From an uncultured Candidatus Saccharibacteria bacterium (GTDB lineage: Bacteria; Patescibacteriota; Saccharimonadia; Saccharimonadales; JALRHH01), in the NCBI GenBank assembly GCA_964559915.1, contig CAZLJP010000005.1, forward strand, positions 1 through 45,000: 45,000 nucleotides of DNA. Direction: 5' to 3'. Under the pieces are notes generated by a model, which made no database searches, had not been told where the DNA came from, and saw only the letters and a list, made by a program, of their open reading frames with translations. Below, piece by piece: positions 11,860-19,846 of the stretch. Position numbers and translations under genes: made by a program. Numbering within the stretch: the first letter of the stretch is position 1; each line of letters starts with the position of its first letter.

Positions 11860-12057
11860 TTGACAAGCGCTGTTTTGACCCCTATTATAGGGGTAGCACT
11901 GAACAAATTAAGTGCTCAAAAACAAAAAGACTCCGAAACGACGACTTCTCGCAAGTCGTCGTTCCATACCAAGACAGTATTGGTAGAGTCTTATATAAAC
12001 AGCACTAAAATCAAAACCCACTATAAAAGCCCCGCACAAAGCGGGGCTTTTATATTT
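11860..12057 (+). ncRNA. Candidate sRNA (about 160 nt) bounded by a consensus promoter and an intrinsic terminator
   Basis: TTGACA (11860-11865), 17-nt spacer, TATTAT (11883-11888). A three-way junction is predicted (AAGACTC/GAGTCTT closing ACGACGACTT/AAGTCGTCGT and TACCAA/TTGGTA). Terminator AGCCCCGC-ACAAA-GCGGGGCT plus T-run at 12028-12057. Confidence 0.45.
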
Positions 12058-12082
12058 AGTTAAGTCTATATACAATGGACGC

Positions 12083-13603
12083 ATGAGTGCAGCGGTGGGC
12101 ACAATCTTTGAATCCGGTATGCATGGCACGCATGTGACCATTGAATGTCATATTTCTAATGGCCTCCCTAATATTGTGGTTGTTGGTTTTGGTAATAAAG
12201 CAGTGGATGAGGCTAAAGAACGTATTAGGAGTGCCTTTGCCGAAGCAGGCATAGAATTACCACGAAAACGAATAACTATTAACTTAGCTCCCGCTGATGT
12301 ACCCAAGGATGGTACAAGCTTTGATTTAGCAATGGCTGCGGCTATATTATTAGCCAGCAAACAGATACAAACCAAAGATATAGCAGATAGCCTAGTCATA
12401 GGTGAGCTCGGGCTTGATGGCAGCGTTCGGCCTGTCAGGGGCATTATCGGCAAACTAATTGCTGGCCGAAAACTTGGTTTTACAAAGGCATATATACCGA
12501 GCGGCAACCTAGCCCAGGCACAATTGGTACCTGGGCTTACGCTGGTACCCATAACTTCCTTGCACCAGTTCTATCTAGGGCAGACAGGTACGACAACACT
12601 CAATGAATATCCGTCTGGGCAGATTCCCCAATCGCCCAAAACAAAGGTGAATAGCTACGATTTCGCTGATGTAGTTGGCCAGGCCCGCGCCAAGCGAGCG
12701 CTGGAAATTGCCGCTGCTGGCTCTCATAATCTCCTTATGAATGGCCCGCCGGGGGCTGGAAAAAGTATGCTTGCTAAAGCACTTCCCTCGATTCTTCCCT
12801 CCTTAGAGCTCGAAGAAATGCTTGAAGTTACACACCTACACAGCTTGGCGAGTCGACAATATGACCAAATCTTTAGCGAACGACCCTTTAGGGCGCCCCA
12901 CCACTCTGCTAGTCAAATTTCAATTCTTGGTGGTGGTAGTACGCCCCGCCCGGGAGAAATATCTCTCAGCCACAGAGGAGTCTTGTTTTTTGATGAGCTG
13001 CCTGAGTACACAAGACAAACCCTGGAAGCGCTGCGCCAGCCACTAGAAGACAAAATTATTACCGTTGCCAGAGCCAAGGATACGCTCGTTTTTCCGGCAC
13101 ATTTTATGCTCATCGCCACCGCCAACCCCTGTCCGTGTGGCTTCTATGGCAGTACTAAGGCCTGTACTTGCACCGCAAATGACATCTTGAAATACCAAAA
13201 GAAGCTGTCGGGACCAATTATGGACCGTATCGACCTGTATGTAGATGTGGATGAGGTAGAACACGCTGCGCTGCTGGGCGAAAGCACAGCTGAGCCAAGC
13301 AAGACTATCAGAGAACGCGTCCTGAGAGCTCGTAAAGCCCAGCAAGCGCGCTACAAAGACCCCATGGTCACCAACGCAAGCCTATCTAACAAACAGCTCA
13401 AACATGAGACACAGCTAGCTCCAGATGCCAAGGAGCTACTGGACAAGGCCGCTGAGCAGCTGGGCATCTCTGCTCGCGCTTACATGCGTATCCTCAAGGT
13501 CGCCCGCACTATTGCAGATTTAGAGGATTCCTCATCTGTAGAAATCCCCCACATCACCGAAGCGCTGCAATATCGCCGTAAGGCACAAGAAACATTATTA
13601 TAG
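12083..13603 (+). CDS. comM: YifB/ComM family Mg-chelatase-like AAA+ ATPase (competence protein ComM)
   Basis: 506 aa. N-terminal Lon-like domain, Walker A GPPGAGKSML, VLFFDELPEY, C-terminal Mg_chelatase_C-like region. Confidence 0.93.
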   Translation: MSAAVGTIFESGMHGTHVTIECHISNGLPNIVVVGFGNKAVDEAKERIRSAFAEAGIELPRKRITINLAPADVPKDGTSFDLAMAAAILLASKQIQTKDIADSLVIGELGLDGSVRPVRGIIGKLIAGRKLGFTKAYIPSGNLAQAQLVPGLTLVPITSLHQFYLGQTGTTTLNEYPSGQIPQSPKTKVNSYDFADVVGQARAKRALEIAAAGSHNLLMNGPPGAGKSMLAKALPSILPSLELEEMLEVTHLHSLASRQYDQIFSERPFRAPHHSASQISILGGGSTPRPGEISLSHRGVLFFDELPEYTRQTLEALRQPLEDKIITVARAKDTLVFPAHFMLIATANPCPCGFYGSTKACTCTANDILKYQKKLSGPIMDRIDLYVDVDEVEHAALLGESTAEPSKTIRERVLRARKAQQARYKDPMVTNASLSNKQLKHETQLAPDAKELLDKAAEQLGISARAYMRILKVARTIADLEDSSSVEIPHITEALQYRRKAQETLL

Positions 13604-13632
13604 TTGACCCCTGTTGTAACTTCTGTTACAAT
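13604..13632 (+). promoter_or_regulatory. Promoter of the infC-rpmI-rplT operon
   Basis: TTGACC (13604-13609), 17-nt spacer, TACAAT (13627-13632). Confidence 0.6.
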
Positions 13633-13669
13633 CTACCCGATTAGCTATATTAAGATTTAAGGAGAGTTT

Positions 13670-14200
13670 ATCAGCCAGGCCACTCGCTTGAATGGGGCAA
13701 TTCGAGCAGCAAACGTGCGTGTTATCGACGAAGACGGATCACAACTTGGGGTTTTGTCGCGAAATGATGCACTCAAACTTGCCGAAGAGCGTGGTTTGGA
13801 CTTGGTGGAAGTCTCTCCGAATGCTGATCCGCCTGTATGCAAGATTGTCGACTGGGGTAAATACAACTACCAGAAGACAAAACAGCTACAGAAAAGCCGA
13901 CAAAACACCAAAGCGCTGGAAGTTAAACAGATGCGTTTTGGGCTCAAGATTGGCGACCACGACCTACAGGTCAAACTCGGTAAGGTTACCAAGTTCCTGG
14001 ATGCAGGTCATAAGGTTAAGTTAACCGTCTTCTTTAGGGGTCGTGAGAACGCTCATAAAGAATTAGGCTTCAAGCTAGCAGAGCGCGTCATAGAAGGCTT
14101 CGGTGAAAGCATCACTGTTGATCAGCAACCCCAATTGTCGGGTAAACAACTAAGTTTCGTCGTAAGGAGCAACAACAATGCCAAAGCTAAAGAATCATAG
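13670..14200 (+). CDS. infC: Translation initiation factor IF-3 (probable non-canonical ATC start at 13670; the track TTG start is 13688)
   Basis: IRAANVRVIDEDGSQLGV and the C-terminal domain are typical of IF-3. AAGGAGAG SD at 13659-13666 sits 5 nt from the in-frame ATC but 21 nt from the TTG. Confidence 0.9.
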   Translation: MSQATRLNGAIRAANVRVIDEDGSQLGVLSRNDALKLAEERGLDLVEVSPNADPPVCKIVDWGKYNYQKTKQLQKSRQNTKALEVKQMRFGLKIGDHDLQVKLGKVTKFLDAGHKVKLTVFFRGRENAHKELGFKLAERVIEGFGESITVDQQPQLSGKQLSFVVRSNNNAKAKES

Positions 14201-14372
14201 CGGTACCAAGGATCGTATCCGCGTTACCAAAAACGGTAAAATCATGCACGGTCACTCAGGCAGCAATCACCTGCTTGCCAAAAAATCAGCTGCCCGCAAG
14301 CGTCGTTACGCTGTGGCCGGTGGCCTGACTGGCAAAATTGCCAGGAACATTAAGTCGAAGATTGGAGCATAA
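14178..14372 (+). CDS. rpmI: 50S ribosomal protein L35
   Basis: 64 aa, MPKLKNHSGTKDRIRVTKNGKI. TAAGGAG SD. Overlaps the infC end. Confidence 0.9.
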   Translation: MPKLKNHSGTKDRIRVTKNGKIMHGHSGSNHLLAKKSAARKRRYAVAGGLTGKIARNIKSKIGA

Positions 14373-14375
14373 ATA

Positions 14376-14717
14376 ATGCGAGTTAAACGAGGCGTTACTA
14401 CACGCGCAAGACATAACAAAATCCGTAAAGCTACTAAGGGTATGACCCGTAGCAACCGCAGCAGCATCCGCCGCGGTAAGCAGGCTATTACTAAGGCGTT
14501 GGAGAACGCTACACGCGACCGCAAGGACCGCAAGCGAACTTTCCGCCAGTTGTGGAACACTCGCATTAACGCTGGTGCACGCCTAAATGGCACTACCTAC
14601 AGCCGTCTGATTGCTGGCCTCAAAAAAGCCAACGTCACACTTGATCGTAAGGTATTGGCAGAATTGGCCGTCAACGAGCCAAAATCATTTGAAGCAGTTG
14701 TAAAAGCAGCCAAATAA
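14376..14717 (+). CDS. rplT: 50S ribosomal protein L20
   Basis: 113 aa, MRVKRGVTTRARHNKIRKATKG. Confidence 0.95.
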   Translation: MRVKRGVTTRARHNKIRKATKGMTRSNRSSIRRGKQAITKALENATRDRKDRKRTFRQLWNTRINAGARLNGTTYSRLIAGLKKANVTLDRKVLAELAVNEPKSFEAVVKAAK

Positions 14718-14734
14718 ACGTCGCTCCAATGACG

Positions 14735-14766
14735 AAAAACACCTCGGGATGACCGAGGTGTTTTCA
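14735..14766 (+). terminator. Intrinsic terminator after rplT
   Basis: ACACCTCGG-GATGA-CCGAGGTGT followed by TTTTC. Confidence 0.8.
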
Positions 14767-14856
14767 TTATTTGCGCACAGGATTATGGCCCAAGGCCATG
14801 GTTCTGGCTGGCATGCCGGTCAGAACGAGTACGTGTGCTCGTTCTGTGCAAATATC

Positions 14857-14888
14857 CAAAAACCACGGCTTTTTACACCGTGGTTTTT
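14857..14888 (-). terminator. Intrinsic terminator after rnpB (hairpin is symmetric, flanked by A- and T-runs)
   Basis: AAAAACCACGG-CTTTTTACA-CCGTGGTTTTT. Confidence 0.7.
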
Positions 14889-14892
14889 GATA

Positions 14893-15238
14893 TTGTCAGA
14901 GTATCTATAAGCCGGGTTCTGTACCAAAAGGCGCTGACCATCTATCTAGTCTGCTGATTGCTCAACAGCTCAAGCGGATTACTTGATGACCGACCCAGGC
15001 GGGAAACCTGTGTTGGATCGATCGCCTTGCAGCAGACAGGGTTTACCATTCATGCACGTCACCGTACACAACTGTGGGCTCTTGCCCCACTCGTTTCACC
15101 TTTTCCTCTTACGAGGTAGTTTCGTTTCTGTGGCACTTTCCCTAGGGTTGCCCCCGGTTGCCGTTAGCAACTGTCTTTCCCTACGCTGCCCGGACTTTCC
15201 TCGTATGTAAACACACGCGGCCAGCCGATAGCCTGACC
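14893..15238 (-). ncRNA. rnpB: RNase P RNA, bacterial type A
   Basis: Minus strand contains GAGGAAAGTCCGGGC (15203-15189), GGTAAACCC, and ACAGAACCCGGCTTAT at the 3' side (14922-14907). P1 pairing GUCAGGCUAUC / GAUACUCUGAC. Extended -10 TGATAAAAT at 15252-15244. Confidence 0.9.
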
Positions 15239-15261
15239 CCTGTATTTTATCATGTTTTAGC

Positions 15262-15927
15262 TTACTTTTGAAGTTCTGCGTCGAGAGTCGTATTCACTTC
15301 GGCATCAGCAAGTTTGTTGAACTCCCGCGGAACGTGAGTATAGGTTACCTTTTTGAACTGTGCGGCTAACTCTTTGATAGCCTCGTGAATTGGCCATAAA
15401 TCACGGTTTTTGACCTTGAATATGCCCTTCATCTGGTTGATGACGAGTAAGCTGTCCATGTGCACAGCGACTTCTTGCACGCCCCTCTTTTGGGCCTCTT
15501 CTAGGCCAAACTTCAGTGCCCGGTATTCTGCCTGATTATTGGTAGTAATGCCCAGGTAGACGCCACCCTTAAAGATAATGTTATCTTGCGTATCCAGCAA
15601 CACGTAACCAGAGGCAGAGGGGCCTGGGTTGCCGCGTGAGCCACCATCACCGTACAGCTTAATTGCTTTGGGAGTAGCATTAGTCTCCTCTACGACTGGT
15701 TCCTTTTTGGAGGGACTACTATCTACCGGCTCTTTGATAGCACCGATACCTTTGAGTGCAAAATCACGTTCAGCATCTTTCTCTTGGTCATGAGCTTTCA
15801 GTAACCACTGCTCTTCTGGGTGCCACTGCGTAGAGCCATACCAAATTTCTTTGGGTAAAATGTGACGTTCAGCGGTTTCGCCCCTATGGTTTGTGTAAGT
15901 AATTTTTAGTTCTTTGCTCATCTTCAC
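15262..15927 (-). CDS. rnhA: RNase HI-family protein with an uncharacterised ~65-aa N-terminal domain
   Basis: 221 aa. C-terminal GDGGSRGNPGPSASGYVL, NNQAEYRAL, VHMDSLLV, NKLADAE (DEDD catalytic pattern). N-terminal KITYTNHRGETAERHILPKEIWYGSTQWHPEEQWLL. Confidence 0.85.
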   Translation of the reverse strand: MKMSKELKITYTNHRGETAERHILPKEIWYGSTQWHPEEQWLLKAHDQEKDAERDFALKGIGAIKEPVDSSPSKKEPVVEETNATPKAIKLYGDGGSRGNPGPSASGYVLLDTQDNIIFKGGVYLGITTNNQAEYRALKFGLEEAQKRGVQEVAVHMDSLLVINQMKGIFKVKNRDLWPIHEAIKELAAQFKKVTYTHVPREFNKLADAEVNTTLDAELQK

Positions 15928-15971
15928 TCACTATAATAACAGATAAAGATACGATATACTTGATGAGTTGT

Positions 15972-16047
15972 CAGGGTGTAGCTTAGTTGGTAAAGCGCTG
16001 CGCTGGGGGTGCAGAGAGCGGAAGTTCGAGTCTTCTCATCCTGACCA
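15972..16047 (+). tRNA. tRNA-Pro (anticodon GGG), CCA encoded
   Basis: Manual cloverleaf: acceptor CAGGGTG/CATCCTG (C1-G72, A73), anticodon loop CTGGGGG, T-loop TTCGAGT. Confidence 0.92.
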
Positions 16048-16141
16048 AACTCAATATATTGGATATTTACGCCACCTGGCTAAAGCCAGCTAATCCGCTA
16101 AAGCGGCTTGAATCTATAGCTCAATATTCTGCGTAAATAAT

Positions 16142-16169
16142 AAAAAGTCCGAGTTTCCTCGGACTTTTT
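16142..16169. terminator. Bidirectional intrinsic terminator
   Basis: AAAAAGTCCGAG-TTTC-CTCGGACTTTTT. Confidence 0.75.
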
Positions 16170-16170
16170 A

Positions 16171-16330
16171 GTTGGCTTACGAGACCTTATGACAACCCGG
16201 ACTATAAATCTCCAGGTGGGTCTCCGCACGATACGACCGCAGTCATACACGAATATTGGAATCCCTAATGATAAGTATTCAGATTATCATTACAGGCCTC
16301 TTTTAGCGTAAGCCTGTATCTATTATACCA
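16171..16330 (-). ncRNA. Candidate structured sRNA (about 145 nt body) between the M50 protease gene and the terminator
   Basis: Extended -10 TGGTATAAT (16330-16322). 5' GGCTTACG (16314-16307) pairs with 3' CGTAAGCC (16181-16174). Internal 9-bp hairpin TAATGATAA/TTATCATTA and TATGAC/GTCATA. Confidence 0.4.
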
Positions 16331-16355
16331 CTCCGAGTTAGCTAAAAATGTGTAA

Positions 16356-16979
16356 CTACACGCCCAGCAAGTTCAATATGAAGTCATTCAATGTGACCAT
16401 AATTGGGCTCAGCACTGGCAACAGTAAGAAAAGAATCGCCAGTATTGCGAATAGGCCGAATTGTTCTATCTGCAGCATTACTTGCTGCAGTGGTCTTGGC
16501 GCAAATGCATAGAGCAGCCGAGAGCCGTCAAGCGGAGGTATAGGCAGCATATTAAACACAAATAGTGCAACATTCAGCTGCACAAACATCAATAAGAATT
16601 CTCGTATAAGACTGCCAAAATCAGGCTGGAGAAGATTAAGTAAGCCTGCAGACAACACGGCCAACGCCAGGTTAGTTAGCGGACCGGCAACACCAACAAG
16701 CGCAGAACCAAACTCGTCAAACTTAACTCTATCGGGGTTAAATGGCACGGGCTTGGCTGCCAGAATGGGTGGCAAGCCAAAAAGTACCAAAACAACGGGT
16801 AGTGCGATTGTGGTCACAGGGTCAATGTGGGCTAAAGGATTGATAGTAATCCTGCCTTCATCAGAAGCGGTTGGGTCACCCAGCCAATGTGCGGTCAGTG
16901 CGTGCATCATCTCGTGAATACTCAACGCAATAAGTAAACAGACGACAAACAAGATTATGTTAGTTGCGGAGAATTCCAT
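16356..16979 (-). CDS. Site-2 protease family (M50) membrane metalloprotease
   Basis: 207 aa, HEMMHALTAH zinc motif in TM1, polytopic. Confidence 0.85.
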   Translation of the reverse strand: MEFSATNIILFVVCLLIALSIHEMMHALTAHWLGDPTASDEGRITINPLAHIDPVTTIALPVVLVLFGLPPILAAKPVPFNPDRVKFDEFGSALVGVAGPLTNLALAVLSAGLLNLLQPDFGSLIREFLLMFVQLNVALFVFNMLPIPPLDGSRLLYAFAPRPLQQVMLQIEQFGLFAILAILFLLLPVLSPIMVTLNDFILNLLGV

Positions 16980-17162
16980 TGCAAGTAGTATAACATTCGT
17001 TTATGACGTGGTACTTGTCAGACACAAGCAAGCTCGTGCCTGACTACGTTCCACTTGTATAGCAAACTCCTCTCAGACGCTTGACTATCAGGGTAAAAAC
17101 AGCTATACTTTGCCCTTGAATGTTCCGGTCCGTTGAGTGTGGCAGGAATGAAAGGATTAACA

Positions 17163-17357
17163 ATGCAGAAGTGTGAAATCACTGGCAAGGGCAAGCAATT
17201 TGGTAGCAACGTCAGCTTTTCTCAGCGCCACACCAAGAAGGTATGGAAGCCGAACTTGCAGAAGAAGACTCTAGTAGTCGACGGCAAGAAGGTTACGATG
17301 AAGATTAGCACACAAGCTATCCGCACGCTCAAAAAGAAAGGCGTTATCGCCGCATAA
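17163..17357 (+). CDS. rpmB: 50S ribosomal protein L28
   Basis: MQKCEITGKGKQFGSNVSFSQRHTKKVWKPNLQ. AAAGGA SD before the ATG at 17163; the track ORF from 17133 is an upstream extension. Confidence 0.9.
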   Translation: MQKCEITGKGKQFGSNVSFSQRHTKKVWKPNLQKKTLVVDGKKVTMKISTQAIRTLKKKGVIAA

Positions 17358-17389
17358 TAAAAGCTCCCAAATGGGAGCTTTTATTTTTG
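17358..17389 (+). terminator. Intrinsic terminator after rpmB
   Basis: AAGCTCCCA-AA-TGGGAGCTT followed by TTATTTTT. Confidence 0.7.
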
Positions 17390-17405
17390 TGTCTCAATTG
17401 TTTGG

Positions 17406-18032
17406 CTATTGCTTCTCAAGAACAACCAGTTGGGTCGTGTCGGCAAGCTCAGCTGGCTTAATCTTTAACTTGGGGACTGTTTCATGAACTTCCATAGAGA
17501 GGCCCTTTAGCGCATCTTCGAGAGATTGCTGTGGAACTTCATAGTTTAGACCCTTCTCTGCGTAATGGGTCGGTATAACAAGCTTGGGGTCAATGTCCTT
17601 TATGAGCTTCAGCGCACCGATTGGGTCAACCGTATAGCCGTTTCCGCCTACAGGGATAATCAACACATCAACAGTATTGATAGCCTCCAGCTGAGAACCG
17701 CTCAACTCCGGATAGATATGTCCCACTACTGCAATGCGGATATCATCAACTACCAAACGATAGATAGTCGCGTTATGCGTGCCTTTCTCGTCAATATGGG
17801 CTTGGGCTGGAATACCCTGAATAGACACGTCGGAAACTTCGTATTCGCCGGGTTGATCAAGTACAATTTTAACATCAGTTTTTACTGCAGCATGTGGACC
17901 AGTAAATAAACTAATGTCACCCGCCTTAGTGATTGTCTTGGCACCGAGACTATCTAGATTATCATCAATCACAATTGATGCCTTCTTGGTACTAATACGC
18001 ACACAATTACCACCGTAATACTGTAGTTCCAT
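17406..18032 (-). CDS. MBL-fold (Lactamase_B_3 / UPF0173-like) hydrolase homologue
   Basis: 208 aa, MELQYYGGNCVRI...IVIDD...LVIPTHY pattern. The canonical HxHxDH is not evident. GAGGAGG SD. Confidence 0.55.
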   Translation of the reverse strand: MELQYYGGNCVRISTKKASIVIDDNLDSLGAKTITKAGDISLFTGPHAAVKTDVKIVLDQPGEYEVSDVSIQGIPAQAHIDEKGTHNATIYRLVVDDIRIAVVGHIYPELSGSQLEAINTVDVLIIPVGGNGYTVDPIGALKLIKDIDPKLVIPTHYAEKGLNYEVPQQSLEDALKGLSMEVHETVPKLKIKPAELADTTQLVVLEKQ

Positions 18033-18034
18033 GT

Positions 18035-18652
18035 CTATTCCTCCTCTTTGGTCTGTGTTTTGGTTTTAACCGGGGTTAACACATTTTTCTTATCAATTAA
18101 TACTTGTTTCTTGGCGGACAATACCAGCGTCAAGAATCGATCGTTGACCTGCTGGCGATACTTGAACTCCTGCATCGGCATGACCGTGAAGCGCAGTTCT
18201 TTGCCTTCTTGCTGTTCCAAGTCTGTAATGAACTTGCCAAGCTTGGTCTGGTTTACATCACCGACAATTAATAGATCAGTCCCACTCGTCTCGTCACGAG
18301 TAAATTGCCCTGTATAGATAGCCAGCTCAACATTGCCAAGTGTCTTTATGTCTGCCGCCTGGGAGTCTGCGGCTGGTGCTGCAGAAGCAGCCATAACGCC
18401 ACCACCAAATATTGCTGCTAGTGGTGGGTAGTACTCATAGTCTTGATTCACTTCATAATAGAGTTTGTTTTTGGCATCGTCAGACGTAATGATACCAATG
18501 CTTAACAAATTACTAAGTTCACGACGAACTGAGTTAATTTGCTCGTCAATTTTGCGAGTAATCTCGCGAACATAAAAAGAACGATTCGGATTACTATAGA
18601 AAAGTTGTAATAACTTCACACGCGTCTTAGACCCAAACAATTGTTCAACCAT
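18035..18652 (-). CDS. Winged-helix (ArsR/MarR-like) transcriptional regulator with a C-terminal domain of unknown function
   Basis: 205 aa, FGSKTRVKLLQLFYSNPNRSFYVREITRKIDEQINSVRRELSNL. Confidence 0.65.
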   Translation of the reverse strand: MVEQLFGSKTRVKLLQLFYSNPNRSFYVREITRKIDEQINSVRRELSNLLSIGIITSDDAKNKLYYEVNQDYEYYPPLAAIFGGGVMAASAAPAADSQAADIKTLGNVELAIYTGQFTRDETSGTDLLIVGDVNQTKLGKFITDLEQQEGKELRFTVMPMQEFKYRQQVNDRFLTLVLSAKKQVLIDKKNVLTPVKTKTQTKEEE

Positions 18653-18683
18653 ACCTACATTGTAACAGATTAGGCTTACTATG

Positions 18684-19556
18684 CTACTTGTTTTTGTTCA
18701 GAAATGATGTAACCAACGCAACATATTCATCTCCGTTATATATCCATTGAATACTATTATTGCGTTTAAACCAAGTGCGTTGCTTTTTTGCGAGCTGAAG
18801 ATCATTTTGTCTGAACCGTTCCTTGGCTTGGTCTAATAAAATCTCATGACGCACGTATGCAGCAAAGGCACGATATCCGGGTGCGCGCATGGGTTCACAA
18901 TCCCAGCCGTACTGCTCGCCCAGTTGTCTTACCTCATCCACAAATCCGGATTCAACCATGGCATCAATACGTTTTACAATACGCTCGTATAATTCTTCAC
19001 TCGGGCGGCTCACGCCCAGAATAAGCGTATTGGAACGAAGCGGCTTTTTAGTTGGCCGAATACCGTTATTTTCGATAAGCCTAATGACGCGGCGCTTGTT
19101 GCGTAGATCAATACCTGATGTATCGAGCCGCATATCCTCAGCTTGCTGTATCAGTTCGTCTAAACTTTTACGGTTTAACTCATCACGTAATTCCGTATTA
19201 GTCGTTGGCAGAAAACTATAGTCGTAGAGAATACTATCTATGTATAGACCGGTGCCTCCGCAAAGAATTGGCAACTTACCTCGAGCGACAATATCGTCGA
19301 TAGCTTCGTAGGCTAATTTTTGAAAAAGGGCTGCGTTAAAACCATCTTCAGGGTTAGCCACATCCAGCATATGGTGGGGTACTTGTTTTCTGTCAGCATC
19401 GCTTGGCTTGGCCGTCCCGATATCAAAACCCTTGTACACCGTCCAAGAATCTGCACAAATAATCTCACCGTCAAACTGCCGGGCAACCTGCATAGCTAGG
19501 TCAGACTTGCCGGAGGCGGTTTCGCCTAGAATGACGATTAATGGTTTGGTCGCCAC
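18684..19556 (-). CDS. miaA: tRNA dimethylallyltransferase
   Basis: 290 aa, P-loop GETASGKS and IPPT-family motifs. Confidence 0.93.
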   Translation of the reverse strand: MATKPLIVILGETASGKSDLAMQVARQFDGEIICADSWTVYKGFDIGTAKPSDADRKQVPHHMLDVANPEDGFNAALFQKLAYEAIDDIVARGKLPILCGGTGLYIDSILYDYSFLPTTNTELRDELNRKSLDELIQQAEDMRLDTSGIDLRNKRRVIRLIENNGIRPTKKPLRSNTLILGVSRPSEELYERIVKRIDAMVESGFVDEVRQLGEQYGWDCEPMRAPGYRAFAAYVRHEILLDQAKERFRQNDLQLAKKQRTWFKRNNSIQWIYNGDEYVALVTSFLNKNK

Positions 19557-19846
19557 AGCAACTCCTCTACACTTACTGCATAACCAACCACCTGGTAACC
19601 TTCAGCCTCTAGTGCCTTTTGGTGCCCTGCCTTACCACCGGGATAACCAGCGGCTAAGCCGCCCTGTTTATTAACGACCCGCTGCCATGGCAAATTCGGA
19701 TTACCAAAATGAGCAATACCACCCACAATCCGTGCTGCCCGTGGGTTACCACATAGGGCTGCTAGTTGACCATAAGTCATCACACTCCCCTTGGGAATCT
19801 GCGCCACCACCGCCTCAACTCGTGCCCTAAAGTTAGGTTCAGACAT
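19538..19846 (-). CDS. Alkyltransferase-like protein (MGMT DNA-binding domain, active-site Cys replaced by Trp)
   Basis: IPKGSVMTYGQLA...NLPWQRVVNKQG in place of PCHRV. ATG at 19846 overlaps the upstream stop as ATGTCTGA; the track ORF to 19951 is an extension. Confidence 0.75.
   Translation of the reverse strand: MSEPNFRARVEAVVAQIPKGSVMTYGQLAALCGNPRAARIVGGIAHFGNPNLPWQRVVNKQGGLAAGYPGGKAGHQKALEAEGYQVVGYAVSVEELLWRPNH

Noticed and set aside
14983-15210. 75-aa plus-strand ORF
   Set aside because: It lies entirely inside the RNase P RNA gene (opposite strand) and has no SD. It is a by-product of the GC-rich structured RNA.
16076-16106. Twin mini-hairpins with identical TAAA loops (CTGGC-TAAA-GCCAG and CCGC-TAAA-GCGG) after tRNA-Pro
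   Set aside because: The stems are short (4-5 bp) and lie in a tRNA trailer. They are plausibly processing or terminator-proximal structure and are not distinctive enough.
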